From assembly GCF_036365525.1 (NCBI RefSeq), contig NC_090412.1, forward strand, positions 6,676,123 through 6,740,122: a DNA stretch of 64,000 bases. Reading direction: 5' to 3'. Source of the DNA: Heterodontus francisci (lineage: Eukaryota). Positions 24,996 through 37,396 of this stretch are shown here, piece by piece (within the stretch, counting starts at the first letter, position 1; every line of letters starts with the position of its first letter). Under the pieces are notes generated by a model. That model did no database searches. It was given only the letters and a program-made list of their open reading frames with translations, and was not told the DNA's origin. Position numbers and translations under genes: made by a program.

Positions 24996-25071
24996 ACAGG
25001 CACACTGTGCTGAATGGCCCCCTTCTGTACTGTACAATTCTATAACTAACTCTGTGTTCTGTTTATTGCAG

Positions 25072-25293
25072 GCGACAACTACAGTGCTTGTAAGTATTTT
25101 GGATGAGAATGACAATCATCCTGCATTTCAGCAACAGCAATATGACATCACCTTGGATGAAGGGCCATCAACCTTGAATTCTTTCAACATAACAGTGAAC
25201 GCAACAGATCAAGATGAAGGCCCCAATGGAACCATTGCATACGCCATTGTGGATGGTAATATTGGCAACACATTCACTGTCCACAGTATCACA
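25072..25293 (+). CDS. CDH23: Cadherin-23 coding exon (about human exon 39), 222 nt
   Basis: Acceptor ttattgcag, donor GTGAGT. Encodes ATTTVLVSILDENDNHPAFQQQQYDITLDEGPSTLNSFNITVNATDQDEGPNGTIAYAIVDGNIGNTFTVHSIT, with cadherin DENDN and DxD motifs; collinear with recalled human CDH23. Confidence 0.97.
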
Positions 25294-26551
25294 GTGAGTA
25301 TTAAAGGTTACAATTGGAATTCCCTTTGCAATTAGGAACAGTTAGAGACGTGGCTTTGTCATGTGATCAGGGTGGGGCGGGAGGGGAGCTCACTATGGGT
25401 CATCACGCTTGGTCACATTATGAATGTAGACATGGAGTGCCTCTGGCATTTTTAGCCAATTTGTAAATATGTTCTATCAGAAAGAAAGACTTGCATTTAT
25501 TTAACGCCTTGTCACAAAGTACTTCACATACAGCGATTTATTCTGCAGTGCAATGACTGTTGTTACGCAGGTAACTATCGCAGCCCTTCATGCAGAGCAT
25601 GATCCCACCGACAGCTAAAAGATGACTGATGCGTCGATGTATTTCTGATGGTTTGGTGCAGGGAGGAATGCGTTGACCAGAGGCACTCAAAGCACGCTGC
25701 TTTTCTCCAAGTCGTGAACGTATAACATCCAACTTGAACCATTTGGTTCAGCTTTCAACTCTCAGCCCATCTCCAACAGGAAGACATCTCCAACAGTGCA
25801 GCATTCCCTCAGTACTGCACCGGCTGAACCGTTACTGTAGATCATGCAGTCGAACATCCTCGCTCATTTCACTGGATTTCTGCTGTGACTCTAACAGCAA
25901 TCTGGCAGAATGCCTCGGGAACGGCCGAGACCTGGATAGGGCAGGTCCTGACCTGAGTTAGGAAATCCTTACAAAGGGCACAACCTCCATCCACCCCTTA
26001 ACAGAACCAGCCAGTTGAGGGACTCCATACATTGGGAGTTCCCTCTCCCGCAAATATGGTGTAAGACTTGAAACAACAACAACACCTTGCATTTAGATAG
26101 TGCATTTAACGTAGCAAAATGCAAGTTGTAATCCCAAGGCACTTCACAGGAGAATTATCAAACAGAAATTGACACCTAAGGAGACATCCAGACAGTAGAA
26201 CAAAAACTTGGTCACAGAAGTAGGTTTTAAGGAGCATCTTAAAGGAGGAGAGAGGGATAGAGAGGTGGGGTGATTAAAAAATCGGGACCATAATCTGTCC
26301 TAAAAGGTCCTTCATATATGGATAATATTTTCAGACTGAAGTTATACTGCAGGCATTGTTCTGTGCATTGGAAGCATGTAACAAACTGTGTTCTGTGGGC
26401 TGCTCCTATTTAACATTAGGAGAACAAGTGAGAGTGTCCATTCTCTTGTTGCATTAAGAAGACTGCACACAAAGTTTTAGGACGTTCCGAGGATGTCCAA
26501 AGGACAATATGGACATAGCGTAAATGCAGTCATGTTAATTCTTTGTTCTAG

Positions 26552-26671
26552 GGTCAGATCAAGGCAGTAAAGGAATTGGACTATGAGATATGTCATGGCC
26601 GCTATACACTTATCATTACAGCCACTGACCGGTGTCCAAATCCACTCCGCCGTCTGACCTCCACTGCCACT
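26552..26671 (+). CDS. CDH23: Cadherin-23 coding exon (about exon 40), 120 nt
   Basis: Acceptor ttgttctag, donor GTAAGT. Encodes GQIKAVKELDYEICHGRYTLIITATDRCPNPLRRLTSTAT; phase 0-0. Confidence 0.97.
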
Positions 26672-26804
26672 GTAAGTATTTCCGGGTAAAGAAAATGCTT
26701 TGCTGTAAGATCCAACTATTCATTGAAGCCACAAATAAAACATCAACAGTAAAATGCTGCTCAAACCATCTGCACAGCCTGTGCAATTTATTTCAAAGAA
26801 AAAT

Positions 26805-27266
26805 AGAAGGACTTGCATTTCTATAGCGCTTTTCATGGCCACAGGGTGTTCCAAAGCGGTTTACAGTCAATGAAGTACTTTTTAAGTCTAGTCAATGTTG
26901 TAAGTTAGGAAGTGCCGCAGCCAATTTTCACAGAGCAAGCTCCCACAAACAGCAGCGTGATAATGACCAGATAATCTGTTGTGATGTTGATTGAGAGATA
27001 AATATTGGTCAGGATACCGGGGAGAACTCCCCTGCTTTTCTTCAAAATAGATCCATGGGATATTTTGTGCCCACCTGAGAGGGCAGGTGGAGCCTTGGTT
27101 TAATGTCTTATCTGAAAGGCTGTACCTCTGACACTCCAGCACCCCCTCAGTATTGCACTGGAATGTCAGCCTGGATTTTTGTGCTGAAATCCTGGAATGG
27201 GACTTGGAGCCCACAACCTTCTGATTCAAGAGGCGAGAGTGCTACCCACGGAGTCACAACTGACAC
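26805..27266 (-). mobile_element. Deu-domain SINE, near full length
   Basis: Head, core and tail on the minus strand. Confidence 0.85.
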
Positions 27267-28964
27267 CTATCCAAACCACTGTGACCATTCCTTTTTGTAC
27301 TAATTATCCTTTTCTGTGGCCTCCCTAAGGGAGTTTTGTACCACTTTTTAGGCAATTTTTAAGTTGGGACACCAGAAGTAAAAGGCTGATACCACAGCCT
27401 CAGCTGACAGCCTAATAGCAAGGAAGAACATGGTGGGAAAGCATGGGGACACAGTCCACAATGAGACATTGACAATCACGAGCTACACGCCCAGGAATTC
27501 TTACAATATTCACCCTTCAAGTGCTACTCTCTCCACTCTTCTTGTAACCCTGTGCACCATCCACTCCACTATTCTAAAACTTACTCCAAAAGTTTTGGTT
27601 TCTCTGGAAATTTCACATCCTGATGCGAGTCAATGAGATGTGTGTCACTGACGAGACATTGCTGGCAAAGCTGATGTTCAACTTGAGGAAGTTGTATTTT
27701 CAGAAGTACAGCACTTTGAATGTGGCATTTAGCTAAGGCCCTGTCTGCCTGTTAGGTGGGTCTGAATGATCCTACAGCACTTTTGGAAAGGAGATGCAGC
27801 AAGTCTCCTAAACCAGATGCCCCTCTCAGTCGATGCCACCAAAAATAGACTTACTGACCAATCATCTCATTCTGTTTGTGCGGCTTTGACGAGACTTCAG
27901 CGGCACCTCCAGAAGGCCTTGAGTACTACCCTGAAATTCTGCCGACATCATGACTCCTGTAATGATGCTTGAATTCACAACCCTCTACCTTGAAAGTGGT
28001 AACACCGGAACCAAATCAGCACTGTAAGGAAAGGGTTCATCAGACTTGAAGTTTGTTAATATTATACTGATATTAATTTCTTTTTAATATTAGCTTTTAG
28101 CTTTTCCCTGTTCAGTGAGTCCCTCTTAGCAGAATGGGAGTGCAATCATAAGGTAGGCTTGCTTTATTTTATACCCAGACGTGTTTATTATAGACGCAGT
28201 GGAAAGTCTAGACAGTAAATCTAATGAAAAGACATTGCAGGCAAAGAAGCTCCCTTTGTTTATTCTGACCACTCTGATCCTACATCTCCCTTCAGCCTTG
28301 CAGGGAAGCAGGAGATGTACAACAGCTTTATAATAGCTAGGTGTCATTCCAGACAAGTGAAGATAGGAACCCTTGTTAGAGGGGTACATGGCCATCATTC
28401 TGCTGTATAGTTAATGAGTAAGGCAGTATGTTTTGGACCATCAATTCAATAAATTAACTCCTGAAATATAACATTCAATCATGGGATGGTAATATATTCC
28501 AGGGACCGTGAGTTCCAACAGGGTCACGTCTGTGAACACTCCCTGCTGCCTGATAGATGGCCTTTGTTGATTCATTGAATCCTTTTTGGTGGTGCTATCC
28601 AACTGTTTTTCAGCCTAATGAATTGATTGACAGATATAACCAGAGTTAGGGAGATGTATCATAGGAGCTGGAATATGCGGATTGTGGTGGAGGTACAAAA
28701 TGTTGGTGTAGGGACAGATACTTTCGAATTAGATTTTAAGGTCAGATCAACTTGAGCTCAGAACTGTAGTGTGTCTGGATTCTGCAGCAAGTTGGTTTGC
28801 ATTGCACCAGGCCAGAACTGTACAAGCCACACTCCGTTTAATTTCCATACATCTCAAGCTGTGATGACTAAGCGATCCGAACAATTGTTTGTTTAGTCTC
28901 ACAGCACCCTCTGGATGATCCTCTGATCAAGTGTTGGCCGCTGACCTCTCTCTTTTCTCTGCCA

Positions 28965-29190
28965 GCCAGGGTGGTAAGGGTCTGGAACTCACTGCCTGAA
29001 AGGGTAGTTGAGGCAGAAACCTTCAACTCATTCAAAAGGAGTCTGGATATGCACCTCAAGTGCCGTAATCGGCAGGGCTACGGACTAAATACTGGGAGGT
29101 GGGATTAGAATGGGTGGGTTGTTTTTAGGCTGGCACAGACATGATGGGCCAAGTGGCCTCTTTCTATGCCTTAAAATTTCTATGATTCTA
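28965..29190 (+). mobile_element. CR1 3' end, same young subfamily as 7657-8711
   Basis: Highly similar 3' UTR ending ttctatgattcta. Confidence 0.85.
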
Positions 29191-29450
29191 TTGGGATCGG
29201 TCAGTGATTGACCTTGACCAGTCTAGCAAAGTGTTGCTTTTATTTTGTTTGAATGCGTGGAGACAGACAGAGGCACACTTGGGTCATTAACTGTGATCAG
29301 AGAGGAAGAACATTTGATTCAATCTGTCCAGTTTGAGCAGAATTTAGTTAAAAACCAATGTTCAAGAAGGAGATCCAAATTGAGTTCCCTCTTAAAACAT
29401 AAATGTTGAAATTGCTACAATTTAATAAATCTGTTTTTCTCCTGTTGTAG

Positions 29451-29631
29451 GTAATTGTCAACGTGAATGATATAAACGATGTGACCCCAAGATTTCGTCA
29501 CACTTACGAGGGTCCATTTGACATCACCGAGGGTCAACCAGGTCCAAGAGTCTGGACATTCCTTGCAAAAGATGAAGACTCGGGCCCAAATGGGCAAGTA
29601 GAATATAGCATCATAGCAGGAGATCCCCTTA
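29451..29631 (+). CDS. CDH23: Cadherin-23 coding exon (about exon 41), 181 nt
   Basis: Acceptor ctgttgtag, donor GTAAGT. Encodes VIVNVNDINDVTPRFRHTYEGPFDITEGQPGPRVWTFLAKDEDSGPNGQVEYSIIAGDPL; EGQPGPRVWTFLA is diagnostic of CDH23. Confidence 0.98.
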
Positions 29632-29962
29632 GTAAGTTTGAACAAAATAAGTTACGCAGTCTGTAAAGTGTGGGGGCTAATTAATGATCTACACCCTCTC
29701 CAAGAAATATTAATGGATTCAATATAAAATAATTACAGTTTTGCGTTTTCAGTTTAAGAAAAGGTTGAGGCGAACAACATAAATGCCTTTAAGGGGAAGC
29801 TAGTAGATGAGGGAGAGAGGAATAGAAGATTATACTGATCGGGTGAAGACCACTATAACAGGGGGCAGAAGAATTCCATCACATCATGCAAGCAACCGTG
29901 ATTTGGGGATTTTGAAAATTCACCAATCTTGCGTAGGTAACATCTGCTAGTGTGGAGTAATA

Positions 29963-30555
29963 TTAAAAAAGACTTGCATTTATATAGCACCTTTCATCGC
30001 CAAAGGATGTCCCAAAGCACTTAACAGCCAATGGAGTGATTTTGAATAAAAGCAAAATACTGTGGATGCTGGAAATCTGAAATAAAAACAGGAAGTGCTG
30101 GAAATCTTCAGCATCTGTGGAGAGAAACAGAATTAATGTTTCATGTCTGTGACCTTTCATCAAAGCTTTTGAAATGTTGTCACTGTCATAATGTAGGAAA
30201 AAAAGCAGCCAATTTTCACACAGAAAACTCTCTCTCAAATCAGCAAAGTGTTAGGGATCAGATAATCTGCTTTTTAGTGATGGTGATTGATGAATAAATA
30301 TTGGCCAGGACACTGCGGAGAATTCCCCTGCTCTTTGAAGTATTGTCATGGGATCTTTTATGTCCACCTGAGAGGGCAGATGGGACTTCAGTTTAACATT
30401 ACATCCAAAAAATGCATCTCTGACAATGCAGCACCCCTCAGTACTGCATTGGGAGTGTCAGCCTCGATATCTGCACTCAAGCCCTTGGAGTGGGACTTGA
30501 AACCACAACCTTCTGACTCGAGGCAAGATTTCTATCCACTGAGCCACAGCTAACA
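29963..30555 (-). mobile_element. Deu-domain SINE interrupted by a Penelope-derived fragment (30047-30166)
   Basis: The SINE resumes after the insert; TTTTGAA is duplicated at 30040-30046 and 30167-30173. Confidence 0.8.
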
Positions 30556-31142
30556 TAAGGACAAGCAGAATGTGTTCATCCAGTTCAATCATAGTTTTTT
30601 TGCAAATGTCTAAGCTTTTTTTTTTGTCTTTAAGAGGTTGCTGACCAAAGTCAATCAGTAGCAGCGAACTCTGTCCATTAAAGGAAGACGGTGTTGTCCA
30701 CATGGACAGACTCATTCCCAGAGTAATAGTCAAAGAGCTATATGTGGCAATCTAGAAAAGCACAATTCCCGTTTCGGAAGAATTGAGAACATTTTGTTAA
30801 TGTGAAAAAGTGTATCGCAATCCTTCAAAAGCCTTTTTGTTTCCTGATTTCTAGCATTTATTGCCATTCTGTGCTTGTCACATACGCAATGCGATTGCGA
30901 GAGATCTAGCATGAGAAGGGTGGCAAATGATACAGTACACAAGGCTTATATCATTTTGCAAAATAGTAGAAAACAGAAAAGGGGTATGGAGAGGTTAGCA
31001 AAGGAGAAAGATAGATTATGACAAGCACAGTGCCTTATAACAGCATTACTCTGTCAGCAATCCCAGTGGTATTTTATACGCAGTGGTTTTTACATGTTCT
31101 GCAGATAATGCCTGAGGAACATTCCCTTTTTTTGATTTACAG

Positions 31143-31276
31143 ATGAGTTCATTATTTCTCCAGTAGAAGGGGAGCTTCGTGTGAGAAGAGACGCTGAGTT
31201 AGATCGGGAGAGTGTTGCATTTTATAACCTAACCATAATGGGCAAAGACAGAGGAACCCCATCACTGAGCAGTACG
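31143..31276 (+). CDS. CDH23: Cadherin-23 coding exon (about exon 42), 134 nt
   Basis: Acceptor gatttacag, donor GTTAGT. Encodes (N)EFIISPVEGELRVRRDAELDRESVAFYNLTIMGKDRGTPSLSST. Confidence 0.97.
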
Positions 31277-32164
31277 GTTAGTGCTTAGTCTGTTCACACT
31301 CCCAACACCTCGTTTTGATATAAGCACACAGCATATTCCTGTCAGCCAACCTTGTAAATCTCCCGGGTTTTTGGACAGTAATTGTTATCAAGCAATAGCC
31401 TGCCCTGTAATTAAGGATAGGCAGGTTAATTCATGTATGTCCCTCCTTCCATTAGGCTTTTGTTCTCAATCCATCAAAGAAGATGTCTTTCAACTTTCCT
31501 CCTTCCTCTCTTTCTTAATTTCTTCCTCATTTTCCTTCCTATGTTCTTTCCTCCTCTTGTTCCTTCACTCTTTCCTCCTCTTTAGTTCTTTCTGTTACAT
31601 TTGCACAACGCAGGCACAGGCCATTATCTCTGTCATTAGAAAGTATCCGGGTTTGTGGCCCAAATGAAACAGCAGCAGGGACCCTCTGATCAAAGGCGCC
31701 CTGAGGAGGTCCATGGCTAATAGAAGCTTTCTGATGATGGCTCCAGGACTTCGCCCTGCACTGAAAAAAAAAAATTATGCGCCAGGATATTGAGAATCTG
31801 TTTGGGCATAAAACAGAATTTCTGTTCCCTACTTGCTCAGCTTCAATTGAATTGAAAATCTTCAAACACCCTGAAAGCAAATGAGAAGTCTAATTCAACA
31901 TTACAGACTTCCCAGTGCACTGACAAAACCCTTTAACCCAAGTACAATATCAATCCTTATGGCTTGGCCCAAAATTTCGTTAATCCTTTAACCTGCAAGC
32001 CATGTTCTGTATTATGCCCTGTTTTATAATGGAAAAACTTGAGAGGAAGTGCGAGCAAACATAGGATTTTCAGGATGTATATTAATTTGGATAAGCTTGA
32101 TCAAATCCCAGTAGTAAGTGCGAGTCATGTTTATTCTGCTGGTACTGATGGCCTGTTTCTTTCA

Positions 32165-32676
32165 GTGACCCGACTGGAGTGTTGTGTCCGATTCTGGGTA
32201 TCGCACTTGGAGAGGGTGCGGAGAAGATTTACCAGAATGATACCAGGGATGAGGGGCTTCAGTTATGTGGAGAGACTGGAGAAACTGGGATTGTTCTCCT
32301 TAGAGCAGAGAAGATTCAGGGGAAATTTGATAGAGGTGTTCACAATCAGGATGGGCTTTGATGGAGTAAATAAGGAGAAACTGTTTCCTCTGGCAAAAGA
32401 GTCGGTAACCAGAGGACACAGATTTAAAGTAATTGACAAAAGAGGCAGAGGGGGTCTTTACACAGTGGCTTGTTATGATCTGGAATGCACTACCTGAAAG
32501 GGTGGCAGAAGCCGATTCAATAATAACTTTCTAAAGGGATTTCGATAGAAACTTAAAGTGGAGAAATTTGCAGGGCTATGGGGGAAAGAGCAGGGATGAG
32601 TGAAATTAATTGGATAGCTCTTCCAAAGAGATAGCAGGGCTGAATGGCCTCCTAAGATTCTGTGATTCTGTTCTAT
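32165..32676 (+). mobile_element. CR1 LINE 3' fragment abutting a CDH23 acceptor
   Basis: LERVRRRFTRMIPGMRGFSYVERLEKLGLFSLEQRR; ends ggctgaatggcctcctaagATTCTGTGATTCTG. Confidence 0.9.
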
Positions 32677-32680
32677 GCAG

Positions 32681-32890
32681 ATACTAGTCGGAGTACGTGT
32701 CCTGGATATAAATGATAATGATCCTGTGCTCCAGAACATCCCCATGAACTGCACCATCAGTGAAAACACAGCCGTGTCCACAAGTGTCACCAGGGTTCTG
32801 GCCACTGACATTGACAGTGGCCGCAATGCTCTCCTCACCTTTAGTATCACCGCAGGAAACACCGAAAATGCCTTTTTCATCAATGAAACA
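32681..32890 (+). CDS. CDH23: Cadherin-23 coding exon (about exon 43), 210 nt
   Basis: Acceptor ttctatgcag, weak donor GTTAAG. Encodes ILVGVRVLDINDNDPVLQNIPMNCTISENTAVSTSVTRVLATDIDSGRNALLTFSITAGNTENAFFINET; frame continuous with flanking exons. Confidence 0.95.
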
Positions 32891-33499
32891 GTTAAGTAAT
32901 TTATTGATTTAAGTGCACGGATGTTACATGATTTATATTAATAATAAAACATACATGAGGCACTAAGTCTCATTCACCCATCACCCCCTGTGCTCGCTGA
33001 CCTATATTGTTTCCCAGTCCAGCAGATATCATTCTAATCCTTGTGTTCAAATCCTTCCAAAGGCTTGCCCCTCTATTTCTGAAACCTCCCCCAGCCCTAC
33101 AATCATCCGAGATCTCCGCATTCGGTTAGTGGGCATACTTTCAACCACCTAGGTCCGAAGCTTTGGAATTTCACTCCCTAAACCTCTCCGCATCTCATCC
33201 CTCCTTTAAGATGCTTGTTAAAACATAGCTGTTTGTTTTGGTCACATGTTGTAATGCAGCCTCCTTTGGCTCGATGTCAGTTTTTTTTCCCATTATGCTT
33301 TTCTGGAGCATTTTGGGATGTGAAAGGTGCTATATAAATGCAAGTTGCTCCTGAAATATTGTTGGTGTTGACTGTGTTAAAGTAAAGTTTCTACCTCCAG
33401 TATCTAAGATTCAGCAGCATAGCTCAGTCTGCAGCATATTCTCCTTCTGCTTCAAACGGTTGTGGGTTCCACTTCACTCCAGGATTTAAGCACATAATC

Positions 33500-34280
33500 T
33501 TAGAGTCATTGCAGGTCAGAAGGAAACCATTCAGCCTATCAAGCCCATACTGGCTCTCTGTAGAGCAATCCAGTCAGTCTCATTGCCCTGTTCTATCCCC
33601 ATAGTCCTGCAAGTTTATTTCCCTCAGGTGCCTATCCAATTTCCTTTTGAAATCATTGATCGTCTCTGCTTCCACCACCCTCATAGGCAGTGAGTTCCAT
33701 GCCATTGCCACTCGCTGCGTAAAAAGTTCCTCCTCACATCCCTCCTCTATCTCTTGCCCTGTGTCCGCTAGTCCTTGTACAATCAGCTAATGGGAACAGC
33801 TTTTAATTGTCTGCCTTATCTAAATCTGTCATCATCCTGTGCACCTCTATCAGATCTCCCCTCATTCTCCTTTCTCCAAGGAGGATAACTCCAGCTTCTC
33901 CAACCTCACGTTGTAACTAAACTCCCTCATCCCTGGAACCATTCTGGTAAATCTCCTCTGCGCCCTCTCAAGGACGTTTACATCCTTCCTAAAGTGTGAT
34001 GACCAGAACTGGATGCAATACTCCAGTTGCTGTCTCTAGTTGGGGACTAACCAGAGCTTTAAAAATGTTCAGCATAACCTCCTTGCTTTTGTACTCAATA
34101 CCTCTATTTATGAAGCCCAAGATCCCACATACTTTGCTAACTACTGTCTAATATGTCCTGCCACCTTAAACGATCGATGCACATGAACCCAAGGCCCTCT
34201 GTCCATGCACGCTCTTTAGAACTGTGCCAGTAAGTGTATATTGTCTCTCCCTATCCCCTCTGCCAAAATGCATCCTCACT
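33500..34280 (-). mobile_element. CR1 LINE 3' fragment
   Basis: Reverse complement of CR1 RT C-terminus and 3' UTR; same family as 39455-40245. Confidence 0.85.
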
Positions 34281-34371
34281 GCTGTGTGATTAGAAATGCT
34301 TTTTGCATGGGTATCTGAATTTATTTGTGATTCCTTGCTCATGTTAATGTCTCCTGTGATTTGCGTTACAG

Positions 34372-34479
34372 TTTGGCGTCATCTACGTGAACAGACCATT
34401 GGACAGGGAACAGACTGCTGAATATCGACTCACCATCACAGTCAAAGACAACCCGGAAAACCCAAGACACGCTCGAAGA
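34372..34479 (+). CDS. CDH23: Cadherin-23 coding exon (about exon 44), 108 nt
   Basis: Acceptor cgttacag, donor GTAATT. Encodes FGVIYVNRPLDREQTAEYRLTITVKDNPENPRHARR. Confidence 0.97.
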
Positions 34480-37293
34480 GTAATTATTTTAAACGCTATT
34501 GGACACAGTGTTGCTACAAATGACCATGTCATCTTAGCATTTGGAGATACATTGAAGAACATGTTTTTTTAGTAAAACTTCACCAGGATGTATATATTAA
34601 TATTTATATGGAATCATAAAATGATACAGTGCAGGAGTTTAGCACCTAACGTAATAAATAGGAGCAGGAGTAGGCCATGTACACCCTCAAGCCTTCTGCA
34701 CCATTCGATAAGATCATGGCTAAATGACCTCAACTCCACATTCTCGCCCTATCCCTCTATACCTTGATTCACTTAGGGTCCAAACATATATCAATATCAG
34801 CCTTGAATATATTCAATGACTGAGCATCCACAGATCTCTGGACGAGAGAAAAACCAAAGATTCACAACCCTCTCGGTGAAAAAATTCTCCTCATCTTGGT
34901 TCTAAATGGCCAACCTCTTATCCTGACACTGTGACCCCTAGTTTTAGTTTTGAAAGAGCAATTTAATTGATCTCACTCCTTTGCTGTTTCCCCATAACCC
35001 TGCCATTTTTTCCCCTGTTCAAGTATGTATCTGATTTCCCTTTTGAAAGGTATTGAATCTGCTCCCACTACCTCTTAATGCGAAGAATTCTAGATCACAA
35101 CAACTCCATCAAAAAAAGTCTCCTCAACTCACTTCTGGTTGTTTACCACTTTAAACATCACATACAATATTGATTTACTGGAATAGTACCAGGGATTGGG
35201 GATTGTAATTATGAGGAGAAATCTGAAAAACTCCCTCCATCGGAGCAGAGAATGTTCAGGTGAAATCTAATAGTCTAATTTCCAAATTTTGAAAGGGTAA
35301 AAAGCAAAGGATTATTTCTACTTTTCAGTAAATCAGGAGCAAAGGAGCATAAATTGGGGAATAAATACCAGTCATTTGTAAGGTAGAGGAAATGTTTGAC
35401 TCAAAACATTATCTGAATTGGGTTTTTTTTTTGCGAGGCAAAGGTATGGACCCAAGGAGAGTAGATTAAATTGAGAAACTGATCAGTCATGATCTAATTG
35501 AATGGCAGAACATGTCAGTGAGGCTAAATGGCCGCTTCCTGTTTCTTGTCTTCCTAGAATATAAAATCCATCCAAGTTGTATAAACACTAGAAGTAGGAA
35601 GATATTAAAGAGCAGGATAATGATACCTAGGAATGATCGATCTGATATGGAGCCAGCCTGGTATGATGAGCCCAGTGACCTCAAAAGCCACAAAATCAAA
35701 ACTTAATTTGTTTCAATCAGACATTTGAATCCCAAGTTTGGATTCCTGCCTTGAACTCATTCCAAGATATTTGCTATTTTTCTGTTAATTTTAAGTGGTT
35801 GCTTTGTATCCAGTGCAGGAATGAACTGTGAGTGTCCGTGTCAGTGATACACACCTGATGCGTGGTAAATTATTAATGAGTATTTTTCAGTGAATTACTG
35901 AGAATTTTCACTGCTGGTGTGTATTTAACTGGAGAATGACTGTCCTATGGTGCAGGTCTAGAAACATTTGGGAGTAGAAGGTTCACTTTCGGGTGCGTAA
36001 CCAACCATGCACAGGTAGCATGCACCTGAACTTCACCCGTACCTATATTCAATACATTGAGTGAACTGTTGGTACCTGTTGCACCTCAGGAGACAGATCG
36101 CCCCAAGGCATAAATTTTGGGCCTCGACCAACAATAACTTTCACTTACATAGTACCTTTACCATAGTAAAACATCTCATGGTGCTTCACATGAGTGTTAT
36201 CAAACAAAATTTGACACTGAGCCACATAAGGTGATATTATGGAAGGTGACCAAAAGCTTGGTCAAAGAGGTAGATTTTAATGAGAATCTTAAAGGAGGAG
36301 AGAGAGGCAGGGAGGTTTAGGGAAGGAATTCCAGAGTTTAGGTCGAGGCAGTGAAAGCGTGGCCACCAATGCTGGAGCAGTTAAGACCAGGGATATGCAA
36401 GAGGCCAGGATTAGAGGAGCCCAGATATCTCAGAGGGTTGTGGAGCTGGAGGAGATTATAGAGATAAGGGGGGAGGGATTTGAAAACCAGGATGGGAATT
36501 TCAAAATCAGTATGTTGCCGGAATGGTAATAGCCCTCAGGTAAGTCCCAGGGAAAGAAGTGTGAGAAAGGAAGGGGGTGGATCGTGGGGTGGCAGCAATC
36601 CCCGGGACTGCTGCAGAGCTGGAAGGAACCTCCTCCTGGCTGCTCATCGAACGCATTGTTGCAGCTTAGCCATAGCTTCCCAGCACCTGCTCCACTCATG
36701 CAATTCAAGAGAGGAGTCTTAAAACAAGCATTAAGACCCCTCATTTACATATATGAGACCTTGCATCTATTTTAGGCAACCACCAGGAGTGCCTGAAAAA
36801 TCAGCCAATCCAATCTAGGGATGGTGTTGAGACTGGGAGACAGTGCCATGAATTTGGTAACGAGAACAGAAAATGCTGGAAGCAGGTGAGGCAGCATCTG
36901 TGGAGAGCGAGGGAGACAGCGTTAATGTTCGAGGTGAATGACCTTATGTCAAGCATGGCATTGGAGCTTTTTGACCACGTTCTACGCCCAAAATACAGAG
37001 CAGGGTCCAATTTCATCACCCCCTCCCCCACCTCTTTTGAGTGATTGCTTCAAATCTATTTACAGGCAAGTTCCTATACTCAACTTTGTTTTGTGGGGTA
37101 GCTAGAAGGTGCGGAAGGGTGTGGTGAGACCGGGGACTTCAGGAAGGAAATTCCGGAGTACGGGAACACGTGAGCCCGAGGAAGAAATGATGGAGTTGAA
37201 AAGGAAATAAAACTCACTCTCAGCAAGGTCTGAAGAGATTGGTCTTTTCGTGTTCATGGATGTGGGTTCAGGATGTTGTCTCTGTCTTGCCAG

Positions 37294-37396
37294 GATTCTG
37301 ACTTACTGACTATCTCCATCTCAGATGAAAATGATAATAGACCCCTGTTTACCCAGACGTCATATCAAGCTGAAATTCCCGAGAACCCTGAAGCAG
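37294..37396 (+). CDS. CDH23: Cadherin-23 coding exon (about exon 45), 103 nt
   Basis: Acceptor tcttgccag, donor GTAGGT. Encodes DSDLLTISISDENDNRPLFTQTSYQAEIPENPEA(G). Confidence 0.96.
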
